Of a stretch of 64,000 bases of DNA, positions 1-12,790 are shown in pieces. A model generated the notes under the pieces. That model searched no databases. It was not told the DNA's origin and saw only the letters and a program-made list of their open reading frames with translations. Position 1 is the stretch's first letter, and every line of letters starts with the position of its first letter. A program made the translations under genes and the position numbers. The stretch is taken from NCBI GenBank assembly GCA_004431415.1, contig QPMI01000601.1, positions 248,001 to 312,000 on the forward strand, written 5' to 3'. The stretch is from Cyanophora paradoxa CCMP329 (Eukaryota > Plantae > Glaucophyta).

Positions 1-848
1 GCCGGGGGACTGACTGACGACAGCACTAGATCCGAGTCAAGTTGATTGACTAAACTCGGCCGAGTTGCTAGACTCGTCCCGGTGTCCGAGTCAAATTAGT
101 ACGGGCCGGTCCCGAGTCTAGCAACTCGGTGAAGATCTGATTGGACACTGAAGATCTTCGAAGATCTCCCGGAAAACTATTTGATTGGCCAGCCTTGATT
201 TGATATATACCTAGACTCGATATTCGTTGATGTATAATAATATAGCACGCGGAATATACCAGAGCACTGACTGCCATTCGGCATACTAGGAGCATACTCG
301 GTACCGGACAGAATCTGCCAGCTCGAGGCCAGGCCCAGTCAGCCGTTACTAACCGACAATGCCAGCGCCTGTGGGGCCCGCCGAGTTCTTGCGAAGATTT
401 GGACCCCCAAAGAACTCGTAGCGTCAGAATCCTCAGATTGCGAGTTCCAGTGGCTGGCAGTTTTTTCCCGGCCCGGGGGCGCGCCGACGCGGCGCGGTTG
501 CTGCCGCAGTGCTCGAGCTAGGCTGCTGCCTGCAGCTGCAGCTGCAGCCTGCAGGCTGCAGCAGCTACTACCGTGTAACACTATATTATGACGGTCAAAT
601 TATGTCGTTATAAAACTGGACCCTTCTCTTGGTGAAATATGACGGTCCCAAATTATGTCGTCATGAAATTTTCAGGCTTGTCGATAGGGCTCCGGCCCGG
701 GTCCTAAAACCTGGACCCGCGACCCGCGGGTCGGGTCGACCCCCTGACCCGTGACCCACGGGTCCGACCCGGGTCGCTGGGGGGGGTACCGGTTGCGCCG
801 AAAAACCGCTAAAAAAACACGGGTTCGCTTCCGACAGAGACATTTCTG

Positions 849-3800
849 TCAGCGGCGCCCCGAACTCGGCCGGCAGCCAGTTGAGCGGCGCGGTCTTAGT
901 CTTGCGGTTGCTCGGTTGGCTTCATAGCTATCGTGTGCATCATCCTCGTCGGCCCCCGTACTTTCTCTGGCGCAGCTCGGGTCGACGGCGTTTTGTGTGC
1001 CAGGTGCGACGCAGCCTTCGGCGTCCTCCTGAATCACTGGATCGATGTCAGGGCTAATGGCGCGCGCTCTTGGCCTCCCGCTGCGCGTTCCCGTGCAGGT
1101 CGCGCAGCGGCCGCGCCGCTGATCATGATCGGACCGCGAGGGCGGCTAGAACATGCATGCAACATTGGAGCATTGCAGCAGGATGCTCTTCCATGAGTCC
1201 AGCGAAGGCCGGCTCTCCATTGCCGGCCGCCGAGCGAAGGTGCGGCGCCGGCGGCCGCGCCCCGCGGGAGTCTTGCCACGTGCGCCCTCCCTGCTGACTC
1301 TACGCTCTTTGTAGCCACACTACGCTCCCGCGGCGCGCCGCGGGCGGCGAGCGCGCCTCGCCGTAACCGAGACCAGCTGCAGGCGCCGCGGCGCGGCTGG
1401 ACTACGGCCGAGCCAAGGTGCGGCGGCCGCGGGGCGCGGCCGCGGGCGCCGCGCGCGCTTCCGCGCGCTTTGGGCCGATGTATTCTCCTTCGCAGCGGGC
1501 GCTGGCAGCCCGGCGCCTTCGCAGCGGGTGCTTCGCAGCTGCGACTGCCTTTCGAAGCTCGGCGACTGCGGCTTCCGACTCCTTGAGCTGCAGAGAATTT
1601 TATGTGTAATTCAGTAACGGCCGCGCGGGAGCTCGAGGCCTGCAGATCTAGATAGCGCTAGCGCTGCAACTTGTTCTGGATCTCACCTCTTCCTCGGTGG
1701 AGCCCAGCTTGATCTCGAGGTCGCGTACCTGCTGCGCATGCTCCGTCTTGAGCTTCTTAACTGCCTCCTTCTGCGCGAGTTCTAGCTCGCCCTTCAAGTG
1801 TTCCAGCTCTTCTTCCTTCAAGGCGCGCTCCTTCGACAACTTCTCCTCGACCTGCCATGTACAGCGGATATTTATAAATTAAATCGACGCGCCGCCCGCG
1901 CATCACGGGGTCGCGCGGGGAGTCGCGCGCACCTCGCGCACTTGCTGCTTCCATTCTGCCTCCGTCAATTCCTTTTCCCTGCCCTTCTTCACCAGGATCG
2001 CCAGCGTCACGCCGAGGTCTGAGGTCCCTCGGGGCAGCGCTCCCTGCGCATGCGGGCGCATGCATTAGAATTCACCCGGACAGTTCGCAGGCCGCGTGCA
2101 GCACCGCACGCGCACCTCGTTTTGGAGCTCCGAAATAGCATACATGATGGCGGCGCCTTTCGCCACGGCATCCGCCGCAGCCTTGCTCGGCTTGCTCGCT
2201 TGCACTCCAGTGACTTCTTGATAGAGTTTCACATCACTGTCTTTCAGCGTGAGCCGAACTGGAGCATAAATGAATTCGCACACACCGAGACAAATGGCTA
2301 TAGATGGAACTGAGGTGTCCATCTGTGTCAAGTCGAGAGATGAGCCTACGGGACTAAGCCTTTCGGACATCGGACCGGGTGGAGCTCGGATGTGGAAGTA
2401 ACTGGAGATGCTACCCCGGGGACTAAGTCTAGAGCTGCAGCACAGGAAAGATCCTACGTATACGCGGGAAAGGGAGTGACTACCCAGGGACGAGAATAGA
2501 AATCAGAGGTGGGCAGCGAAGTGAGCTGCAGCTGTAGCTAGCGCTATGCCTAGTAAGCTAGGGCCTCCGAGAAGGCGCACTATAATCTAAACCTCCCTGT
2601 ACACGCTAGCGTACGGCCCGCCGTGTCGTCGGCACGGCGGGTCGGGTCGGGGGCTCGCTCGTCCGAGAGCAAGCCTGGTGGAGCCGCCGGGCTCAGGGCA
2701 TCCGGGAAGGTTGGTCGGGGGTAAGGGGACGGGGGCAGGGAGGAGGGCACGGCATGGGGCGACGTTGGGCGGTGGGACAGGACGGGGAGGACCGGGTCGG
2801 GCAGCCGCGGTCGGGAGAAGGGAGGCTCCAGTGGCGCGTTCCGCCGGGCTTCCAGCCGCCCGCCGACCGCCTCCCCCCCGCCGCGGGCAATGACGAGCCC
2901 CCTCCGCGGCGGTCCGACCGCCCCGGCCTGGCGCGTGGCCGGGGCAGGCGCCGGTGGGTTCAGCGGCCGACCGACGACCTTCCACCTGGCAGCTCGCACC
3001 ACCGTCCCCTCCCTGGGGTAGCGGGAGATCAGCAGAACGGTGAGGGCGGAGAGGGGTGGGGGGAGGGGCCGTGGGGAAGGGCGACTGGGGCAACGGGCGA
3101 GAGAGGGCAGGGGGGGCAAGAGCAGCGGTGGCGGCGGGAGGCGAGCGTGTCGGCGGTAGCGAGAGAGGTGTGGAGGCGCAGGTCGCGCAGGCGACGGCGG
3201 GTCGGCGGCGGGCGCGAGGGCCCAGCGAGCGGCCGTAGGTGATAGGTTGAGAGTGAGGTCGTCAGTGGGCGTAGTGATGGAGTCTCCGTGTCTCCGCGTC
3301 TCCTCCAGTGGTAGCCCCCCCCCCCCCCCCATCCCCCTACGAGGGTAGGTTAATCGTCCGGGGGGGGCAGGCTCCAGGGGCGGACCTTGGTGCTGTCGTA
3401 GAGTTCTTGGGCTTGAAGCGCTGCCTTCCATCCTCGGTATTCCGGCGTGCAGTCCGCGTTCTGGGCTGCGCGGAGTTCGTTATGGAGGTGCAGGGGCCCG
3501 TCGCAGGCGGGGCAGTATTCTATCGGGGCACGAGGGCCGCGGGCGCGCTCTTTAGCTCTAGCCCCTGTGCGGCGCGGGCGCGGGCGGCGTTTGGAGGCCT
3601 GGGAGATGCGACAGTCCTTCTCCCATGCGGCGTTGGTTGCACACCTGTCAGACCAGAGCCGACGCGCGCGTTCTATTAGCATCTGGCGCACGCGCTTAGC
3701 CGTGCGGGGTGCGCGGCGCGGGTCGAGGTCGAGCCGACGGATCAGGTCGCTTTCGAGCGATGTAGGAGCGACGCCCTGGAGTACCCAGAGCCGCGGGAAG

Positions 3801-6800
3801 ACGGTCGGGTCGTCGTCGAGTCTGCGCGCTGCGGCGTCATCGTCAGCTACGCGTAGGTAGGCGGGCACAAGACCGGAAGCGAGCGCCAGCGTGGGATCGA
3901 CGTTTTTGGGCTGGGGCCGTGAGCCTCGCGGTGGACGCGCCGCAGGAAGCGATTCAGCTCACGGGCGGTCTCCGCGCGGTGCGCCACTGCATGGGGCCCC
4001 GGGCACAGGAAGACGTGCGTGTATGTCTCTGCTGGGCCCGCGGTGAGAGCTGTGGGGGCCGCGCGCTGTCGGCTAGGGCCGGCTTGCACGAGCTGCTCGC
4101 TCGCCTCCGACGAGTTCGCTCGATTCCGCCGGGCACATGGAGTCCTCGTGGCGCAAGCCGCGCAGCGGCCGCCCGGGTTGTAGGCTGCGTAGAGGTCGGG
4201 CCTATCCCGTACCCGGACTTCGTTCGCTGGGAGCGAGCTGCAGATCAATTGGGTCCTGAACTTGAAGAGCGCGTTGCGAGCTCCGCTCGCGCCGCGGAAC
4301 CTGGGTCCTACGGTCGTCTCAGCATACAGGCCGCCGATGTCTGCCCCGGCGTTTCCGCGGCGTAGAACTGCTCCAGCCAGTGGTTGTTGAGCCCAGGCGA
4401 AGTGCGTGTGATGCTCATGTAAGGTGTCCATGTGTTCCTTCGGGTCGCCTTCCACCCGTCGCACGGTGCCGTCCCCGTTACCGATTGTGAGGACGGCTGG
4501 CATGCTGAACTCCGGCGGCAGGAAGACGGGCTCGTGAAGGCTCTCTGCAGGGAGTTGTTCGTCGGCTGTGCGATTCGCAAGAGCGTCGGCAACGTCATTG
4601 TGCAGGTCGCGCGCTTCGCCTTGCGCGTGCGCCTTCACTTTCACCAGCGTGAGCGGCCGCCCCCTCAAATCTAGTTGGGCCCTGAGTTTACGCCACGCGT
4701 ATAGTTCGGCAGAGCAGACGTGCCGGATGTACTCCGCGGGCTACGCTGGGCGGCGTCGAGAACAAATTCCCTACACCAGCGGATCGCATTCTGGTTGTCG
4801 ATGTGGACCACGGCTCCGAACGGGGAGAGTATGTCCGCCGTAAGCACTGCCTGTAACTCCGCTTTGTTGATCTCCTGCGTCCCACTCAGGCGGGCGCGAA
4901 AGTTGGGAAAGACTTCCGGCGGGTGGAGGCTCGCGCCAGTGCGCAGGTGACGCGCGGGCCAGTGGATCGCATAAGCTCCGCGCGCTAGGGTCGTCTGACC
5001 GTCCAGCAGGCTCCCGTCCGTCCAGGCCAGGGCCGGCGCGGCCGCCTCGTAGGTCCCGTCAGTGGCGGCTTCAGCTTCCCGCAGCTCGCGGCGGAGGCTC
5101 GCTTCCAGCCCATCCCACGCCTGCAGGAAGGTCGCCCAGGAGTCTTCGTCCCTCAGTGCGTAGTAGTATTTCCGTGCCTGCCTAGGGGTAATCGGGCCGC
5201 CTCGTCTTGCGGCAGGTGCAGCGGCTCCGGCGGGTCCGCTTCCAGCTCGGCGAGGCGGGCGGCATCCTCGGGCGAGAGGGAGTGCCACTGCACGCGATCG
5301 TCCCCTTCTTGCCTGGCTTGCAGCAGCATCCGCCATCGGTGCGCATCCATCGCCGCCGCCGCTGCCCGTGCGGGGTGAAAGTATTCAAGCAGGCCTTGGC
5401 GCGAGAGTACTTTGCGGCTGGCGCGACCTGAGCGGGTGGAGGTCTGGCCCTCACACTCGGCCGCGGGCACGTCGTCGTGCTCAATTGTGGACACGGCGCC
5501 AGGTACGGCTCCCAGCGCGGCGGCATGTTCGACCCAGCCCCCGACCGAGGTCCCGTGCTCCCCTGCGTCGTCGCAGGTGCTCGTCGCCCGGCAGGCCGCG
5601 CCGGCGGCTCGCGGGCATGTGTGATCGTCGTGCCAGTGCCGCCGGCCCTCCCCGGGTATGATATTGTAGCGGCGCTGCGCAAGGGGCGGCTCCCGGATTT
5701 CGTGCTGACAGTGTCCATCGCAGCGGCAGTAGGCGCCGTCGGCGATCGGGTCCGCTTCTTCCGGGACAGGGATCCAGTGTTCGAGACGGCATTCCGTCGC
5801 AACAAGGCGGCCCGGCTCGGAGTCCGCCGTACGGAGGCGGCCGACGTGGGGCGGTATCGTCGCATCGTGAATGGTCGCCAGGTCGTAGTAGCAGACGAAA
5901 TCGTCCGGTCGGTGAATGTATTTCTTAGCTCCGCCTGGCAGCTGCGCCATGGCTGATGGTGGGGTACCGGGGGCTGCCTCATCGGGTACCGAAGGGCACC
6001 CTTGCCACTAGCGTCTAGCGTCAGAGCCTTGGCGAGGGTCTTCCACCAGGAAGGAGCGGCCCAGGGCAGGGTGTCGCGAGGGGCTCGGAGGTGCAGGTCC
6101 CGCCAGGTGCAGAGGCGCTCACCGTCGCGCGCCGTGACAGAGGACATCCAGTACATGCCTGCAGCGTAGAGGGTAGGGGCGGCGTCTTTGAAGATGTCTT
6201 TGGGGATGTGCGTCGCCAGCACGTATTCGCGCAAGAGCTCTGCCGGCTTCGGCCAGGGTACACCGGCCCCGGGGGGGTACGGGGCGCTCACGTATCGTGC
6301 GTGGTTCGATTGGATCCTGTACTGGCGGCGCTGCAGCAGCGGCATCACAGCGGCGATCGTGTTGGCCTTCGCGAGTTGTGGCGTTACGTGCGCGTTCAGA
6401 AACTCTGTCGGCAGCAGCGGCACGCCTAGCTTGCGCTGGAGGGCATGGACGCGGTGGGCCATCACCTGGGAGAGTAGTTCGTCCGGCTCGCCGCAGAGCC
6501 GCGCGAGCAGGTCCGTGATCTGGTTCTTGGCCATCAGGTGCGCCATGCGCGGGAGGCGATACGTGCCGTGGCTCCAGAGCGCATAGTTCGACGTTGACGC
6601 CGCAAGTCCGCCGTGGTGCTTAACTACTCGCAGCCAGATGGCGTCCAGCCGGTCGCACTGGGCTTCCGACAGCGGCACCACCTTGAGTCCGTACGCGATC
6701 CGCGCCTGCACGACGGCCTCGACGATGTAGCAGGCCTCTTGTGCGGTCAGTTGCTTGCGTGCGATGACCGCGACGGTCTCGCGGGCCTGCGCCTCCATCT

Positions 6801-9760
6801 GTCTGATCTGCTCCGTCCACGACAGGTTCGCGGTCAGGTAGACGCCGAGCAGCTTAAAGTGCGCGCCCGGCGCCAGCTTCTTGCCGACCGGCACGCGCGG
6901 ATGGCCCAGCAGCGGGCCTCTGGCTCGGGTGAGACGTTGTTGTACGTGAACTCGGTTTTCGAAGCGTTGACCGTGATGTCGTGCATGCGGAAGAACTCGG
7001 AAGCCACGTCGGCCAGTCTCTGAATCCCGGCCGCTGTGCCGCTCCACCACTGGGTGTCGTCCGCGTACGCGCACCCCGTGACGCGCGCGCGAGGCTGCCC
7101 GGCGTCCGCGACCGCATCGCCCAGAACGTACGCGACCCCTCCCCGCCTTGATCGCAGTCGACTCTGTCCAATTCTTGCTGGGCGCAGAGGAGGGCGTCGT
7201 AGAAGATGAGCCAGTGGAGCGGGGACTCTATGCCGCCCTGCGGGAGGCCGCACTCGAGCTCGAAAGCGTCAGAGAGTCCGTGCCCTGTAATCGCGCGCGC
7301 GCGCCGCCGCTCAAAGATATTGCGGTGCAGGTCAATGTACCCCTCCGGGGCCCCGATCCGGCGGAGGGAGAGCTCCATGCTGACCCACGATACTGAGTCG
7401 TACGCCCGCCGAATGTCTTGGAGCAGGATATAAATGGGTTTATGGTGCTCTTTAGCGTCCTCTAGGATGGCCACCGTGAGGTGCAGGGCGTCGTACGTCG
7501 ACTTGGCCTTCCTGAAGCCATAGTTCACCCCCTGCAGGACCCCGTGCTTCTCTATAGCATCCGCTAGTCGCTTCGTGAGCAGGCCCGTCGCTAGCTTCAG
7601 GCCGACTTCTTGGAGCGTGATGGGGCGGAGGTTGCCTTCGATGTCCCCGTCCCAGACCCCCTTCTTCGGGATCCCGAAGATATTGCTCTCACACATCTCG
7701 CTAGGCAGGTCGCGGAGGCGGAGCACCTCGCAGACAATCGCCATCAGGAGCCGGCGCCCGCGGGGTGGGTACGCCTCCGGATCCATCGCGTCGGGCAGCT
7801 CCGGGTTCCAGAGCGTCTTCAAGATTGCGTTTGTACAGTTCGAGGGCCCGCCCGCCCCGTCTGTCAGTGAGCGCACGTACGCCCCTAGCTCCTCGTACGT
7901 AGGCTCGATCATTGTCCCGGCGAATGCATCTGCTGCGCCAGCTTGCAGGACTAGGGGCCGGTAGACTGCACGCCAGAAGTCGGGGGGCAGGTAGTCTAGC
8001 GCGGAGTCGGGCACCAGGTCGACTGTGCCGCCAAGCTGGGGTTGCGTTTGGCACACCATTGCTTCCAGTGCTCGGCCATGACGGCTTTGACCTCATCGGG
8101 GGACGTGTAAATTTCGTAAAAGTTTCCGTCGCGCGCTAGTCGCGTGACGTGCATGATCGGCTCCCCGCGCGAGCGTTCAAGTACAGAGTTTAGATAGCTG
8201 CGTAGCTGGCGCGGGTCCGCAAAGCGCGCCTGGCGCGCCGTGACGAACTCCTGGATCTGCCGGTTACGTTCTGCGCTCGTCTCTTTCTGGTGGCGTCTGC
8301 GAACGCGGTTCCGCCAGTTGTTCAGGAGCTTGAAGTAGAGTCGCCACGACCCGTAGCGGGCCGGGAAGGGCGCTGCGTCGTCCGGGTCGCGGACGGGGCG
8401 GCGCGGCATGGGTTCGGGTCCCGGGACGAGGCTTTTGACGAGGCCCTCAAGTTTCTCGAGACGGGTGGTTAGTCGGGACGACGGTAAGCCTCCAGCGGAT
8501 TCTGCAGCCCAGCCAGCGAGTAGGCGACCGACTTTCTTGTCCATCACCAGCTGCCATGCGACCGGCCGCCGGCTCGCGGGGCGGGAGCCGCGCGCTTTCA
8601 GGCACTTGTGTTCTTTAGCGAGCGCCAGCACGTCCTCGGTGGCCCGCCGGTAGAGGGTACCGATTCGCTCCCGCCGCTCCTCGTCGGTGCCGCCGCCAAC
8701 GCCGTTCAGGGCCTTGTCCAGTTCTGTCTCCAGTCCTTGCAGGCGCTCTTCCACCGCCTTTCGGAACGCCGGGAGCTTCTCTTTGTCGATGAGGTGCAGC
8801 GCGAAGAGGGGCGGGGGCTGCGACGGGCGCGCCTCGTCCTTGGCTGGCTGGCTGAGCCCCGCCGTTTTCAGGTCATAGTCGGCCATGACGGGGAAGTGAT
8901 CAGAAGGGTGCGGCATGGCCACGGCTCGGGGCAGTGCATGCACCGATCGCAGCGCCTTTTTCAGGCTCGCCGAGTGGAGCACCGCATCGATGCGCCCTGC
9001 CGAGGTGATAGCGTCGTCGGGCGCAGGATCCAGCAGGCGGTCGTCCAGCACGAGTTCCGGCGCCTCGACCGCCGAGTCCCCGGTTTCGTCGTCGTCCGCT
9101 GGCGCGGCCCCCGATGTCTCCGCTGGCGGGCCGTGGCGGGCAATAAAGGTGACCTCTGCTCCTTTTCTTTTCTCTTCTGCCGCATCTAACAGTCCCCAAG
9201 TGCCTCGCAGCGTCCCCCACCACGCGCGTTCCGGTATCTGGGACTGGACGAAGCTGCCCTGACGAATGCGGGAGATGGCCGGGATCGCAACAGAGTTCCA
9301 GTCACCCAGGCGTGAGCCGAACTGGCTCCGAGTGCACGTACTTCCTTGGGCGGCCGACGGCGCCGCGGCCGCTGCTAACCGGCGGCGGCGCCGGCGGCGC
9401 GGCGACACGACGTGTTGCCGGCACCGGTGCCGCGGACGGCGCAAGAGCCGGCGCAGCCGCGGCCGCAGCTGCAGCCGGCGCCGCGGCTGGCCCCACGGCC
9501 GCCGCCGGCGTTGGCTCCGCGGCCGTGGTCACAGCTGACGTCGACGCTCCGGCGCCGGCTGCTCTAGCTAACGCGTGCGCCGCTGGAGCTGGCGCTGGCG
9601 CCGACTCGGGAGTCCTGGCCGTCGTCTCTCGACCCGCCGCCGGCGCCGCGGAAGGCCCGCTGCCGAAAATGAGCTTGTGCGCGATTGCAGGGCGTTGTTG
9701 CAGCAGCGGCTCATCATCGCTGGCGGCTCGGGAGACCCCGGCTGCGCGTTTTGGCGGCAT
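849..9760 (-). pseudogene. Cargo gene of the hAT-like element (Ala/Pro-rich N-terminus, coiled-coil exons), disrupted by a LINE insertion
   Basis: Removing 2263-9325 joins MPPKRAAG...YVHSEPVRLT (9760-9310) in frame to LKDSDVKLYQEVTG...ELQNE (2246-2117). Further coiled-coil exons lie at ~1650-2020. The 3' end is approximate. Confidence 0.65.
2263..9309 (-). mobile_element. 5'-truncated, frameshifted non-LTR retrotransposon (APE endonuclease remnant - RT - RNase H - Cys/His motif)
   Basis: Exact 16-bp TSD GCGTGAGCCGAACTGG at 2247-2262 and 9310-9325. APE C-terminal motifs RIDAVL..SDHFPV (~8880-9000). RT motifs LRPITL, QDIRRAYDSV, GLPQGGIESP, YADD (~7060) and FKLLGV. RNase H motifs WTDGS, NKAEL, HIDNQ, VKVKAH..NDVADALA (~4570-5030). 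ETYTHVFLC at ~4010. Several frameshifts. Confidence 0.93.
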
Positions 9761-10994
9761 TTTGCTGAGGGTACCTGCTAAAATGTCCTTGTATGGACCC
9801 GACCCGCCGGGTCACCACCTGGACCCGTGACCCGCGGGTCAGGCGACCCACGGGTCCACCCGCGGGTCGGGCGACCCGGGCCGGAGCCCTACAAGTTGTC
9901 GAGCTAGCGCTCGGGCGGTTTATTGTATGGGACGACTTACTGTACCCGTTTTATGACGGTCCCAAATTATGTCGTTAGATCATGTCCGAACCGACATAAT
10001 TTGGTACCGACATAGTAAAGTGCCCGTCATATTATTGTGTTAGACGGTTGAGGGGGGGTACGCGTGACGCAAAATTTGCGGCGGCGCGACGATTACGGCA
10101 GCGCGGCGGGCCAGGCTTCCCACCCGTGGGTGCCTGATAACGCCGCGTGTCAAGCTGCTCGGAAAGTCGCGCGCCAGCTCCACCCGACCCCCGTAGACCG
10201 ACAACGCTAGCCAGCCCAGCCGGGCGCGAGCCGACAGCCGACGCGGGCATGCGCACATTACCGTCCAGCATCACTGCCGAAGCCGACAGCCCGCCCCCGG
10301 AGCGACGTGGAGCCCCGCCGACCTCGCCATGACGCCGACGCTTTTTGAATCTCAAGGACCTTGCCCGCGCCCCGCGCGGGACATACGGATAGCGCGCTGC
10401 CACTCTAGATCTTCCGTATAACGTCGCAGTCCTAATATAAAGCGTGCGAGCGACCGCCTCGACTACGCCCGAGCTCCCGCCATCGCCGCCCGGCCACCCA
10501 CACGCCGCCCGCCGCATAGCCGATGCCCGATGACCGCCAGCTCTCTAAGATGACGCACCCGCCGTCGACGTCGCGCGCCGCCGCCACTAGTACTGTCCCT
10601 CGAATGCCGCCGTCATGCTGCAGGCGCCGCGCGCGCCGCCCCATCCTTACAGAACGTGCTCGCGCGCCTGCAGATCTCGACCTGCATCTTGACCTCTCTC
10701 CTCCGCCTCGAGCTCGCCGCGCGACGGGGCCGTCGGCGCCGTCCGATGTACAACTACGGCGGGGTGCGCCCACGCCCAACTAGTACTCCCTAGCGCCCCG
10801 CGCCGGTCCCTCCCCCGCCCAGAGCCCAGGCCCCGCGGGCCCACGCCCCCGCCCCCTCTCCCCCGGCCTGGGCCCAAAGGGCGCCCACCCGGACTCCTCC
10901 TCCCCGAGGTCGGTACAGAGACGTGTACGCTCGGTCCCCCCCCCCCAGAGCCAGACGAGGCTCGCCCGGACCCGGCCTCCAAGCCGGCCCCTGA

Positions 10995-12110
10995 CGCCGG
11001 CGCCAGCGCCCCGCCCCCGCCCCCCGGCTCCAGCGCCCCGCCCCTGCCCCCCGGCTCCAGCGCCCCGCCCCCGCCCTCCGGCTCCAGCGCCCCGCCCCCG
11101 CCCTCCGGATTCAGCGCCCCGCCCCCGCCCTCCGGCTCCAGCGCCCCGCCCCCGCCCTCCGGCTCCAGCGCCCGCCCCTGCCCCCGGCTCCAGCGCCCTG
11201 CCCCCGCCCTCCGGCTCCAGCGCCCCGCCCCGCCTCCGGCTCCAGCGCCCGCCCCTGCCCCCGGCTCCAGCGCCCCGCCCCGCCCTCCGGCTCCAGCGCC
11301 CGCCCCCGCCCTCCGGCTCCAGCGCCCGCCCCCCTCCGGCTCCAGCGCCCCGCCCCCCCTCCGGCTCCAGCGCCCCGCCCCTGCCCCCCGGCTCCAGCGC
11401 CCCGCCCCTGCCCCCCGGCTCCAGCGCCCCGCCCCGCCCCCGGCTCCAGCGCCCCGCCCCGCCCTCCGGCTCCAGCGCCCGCCCCGCCCCGGCTCCAGCG
11501 CCCCGCCCCCCCTCCGGCTCCAGCGCCCCGCCCCCCCCCGCCCCGGCTCCAGCGCCCCCCCCCCCCCGGCTCCAGCGCCCCGCCCCGCCCCCGGCTCCAG
11601 CGCCCCGCCCCGCCCCCGGCTCCAGCGCCCCGCCCCGCCCTCCGGCTCCAGCGCCCCGCCCCCGCCTCCGGCTCCAGCGCCCCGCCCCGCCCTCCGGCTC
11701 CAGCGCCCCGCCCCCCCTCCGGCTCCAGCGCCCCGCCCCCGCCCTCCGGCTCCAGCGCCCCCCCCGCCCTCCGGCTCCAGCGCCCCGCCCCCGCCCTCCG
11801 GCTCCAGCGCCCCGCCCCCGCCCTCCGGCTCCAGCGCCCCGCCCCCGCCCTCCGGCTCCAGCGCCCCGCCCCCGCCCTCCGGCTCCAGCGCCCCGCCCCG
11901 CCCTCCGCTCCAGCGCCCCGCCCCCGCCCTCCAGCGCTAGCTCCAGCGCCCGCCCCCGCCCTCCGGCTCCAGCGCCCCGCCCCGCCCCGGCCCGGCTCCA
12001 GCACCCCGCCCCCGCCCTCCGGCTCCAGCGCCCCGCCCCCGCCCTCCGGCTCCAGCGCCCCGCCCCGCCCTCCGGCCCAGCGCCCCGCCCTGGCCGCCCT
12101 CCAGCGCCCC
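10995..12110. repeat. Minisatellite, ~24-27 bp unit CCGGCTCCAGCGCCCCGCCCCCGCCCT, roughly 40 copies
   Basis: Directly visible tandem array with a constant GGCTCCAGCGCCC core and variable C-tract lengths. Confidence 0.95.
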
Positions 12111-12790
12111 GCCCCCGCCGCCCCCCCACCCCGCTGTGCACCCCGCTCCCCGCCCCTTCCCTCCCTCCGCTCCGCCGGGCCGCCCCCGCCACCCACCACG
12201 CCCGTGCGCCCCGCCTCCCCTCCCCCCCTCCCCCAGGGCCAAGACTCCGACAGATAGCTCCTAGCTAGGGCAAACAGAGCCTTCCCCCCCCCCCCCCCCC
12301 CCCCCCCCCCCTCTTGCAGGGCCAAGGACCGACTCGACTCCACACCGCTCCCTCATAATAGCTCGCAGCTAGCTAGGGCAGGGTAGCACGACGTCTCCCC
12401 TCTATGCCGCAGAGCAGGTAGAGCAGTCGGACGGTGCCCCCCCAGTCGGACATTGCGCGACGGGGCGGTAATTGTTGTCCTTTTAATACGAACATTGCCC
12501 GGGTGGGCTTTTTGAAAAAAAATTATTGTGTTAGACGGTACTGCCAGCTAGAGCTCAGCCGGGGCTCAGGGCAGCAGAGTAGCACTCAATTAAACAAGCG
12601 AGTCCCTGCGGAGCAGGAGTGGCCTTGGGTCTTGGGGCTTCAAGGCGTGAGGGTGGCAGCTCTTTGTTTTTAAACGGGGGCCCGCAACCGCGCGCGGTTA
12701 CGGGGGAGGGGGAGGAGAAGGGGGTCCACTCGGCAAGGGTACACACTCAAGTGAGAGGGTACAAATATCGATGCGGGGCCCAATCGGCCG

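Larger units (their letters stand above)
685..9891. mobile_element. hAT-like non-autonomous TIR element carrying an intron-containing cargo gene
   Basis: Perfect 19-bp TIRs TAGGGCTCCGGCCCGGGTC (685-703) / GACCCGGGCCGGAGCCCTA (9873-9891) and dense GACCC/GGGTC subterminal repeats at both ends. Flanks CTTGTCGA versus C[AAG]TTGTCGA resemble an interrupted 8-bp TSD. No transposase seen. Confidence 0.7.
571..12538. mobile_element. Outer non-autonomous TIR DNA transposon (TA-flanked, Tc1/mariner-pogo-like ends) hosting nested insertions
   Basis: Left end TA|CCGTGTAACACTATATTATGACGG (571) is the imperfect reverse complement of CCGTCATATTATTGTGTTAGACGG (10024-10047) and of ATTATTGTGTTAGACGG|TA (ends 12538). 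Subterminal repeat TGACGGTCCCAAATTATGTCG at 640-660 and 9954-9974, with a variant at ~589 and an inverted copy at ~9992. Which right end is the true one is uncertain. Confidence 0.55.

Noticed and set aside
3900-8060. LINE frame changes as programmed frameshifts or introns
   Set aside because: They are multiple and unpatterned, and decay or homopolymer sequencing errors explain them.
10995-12110. CRISPR-like or telomeric array
   Set aside because: There are no unique spacers or cas genes, and the unit is not a telomere repeat.
10780-12343. Long Gly/Arg ORFs (470 and 410 aa)
   Set aside because: They are translations of the stop-free minisatellite, with no coding evidence.
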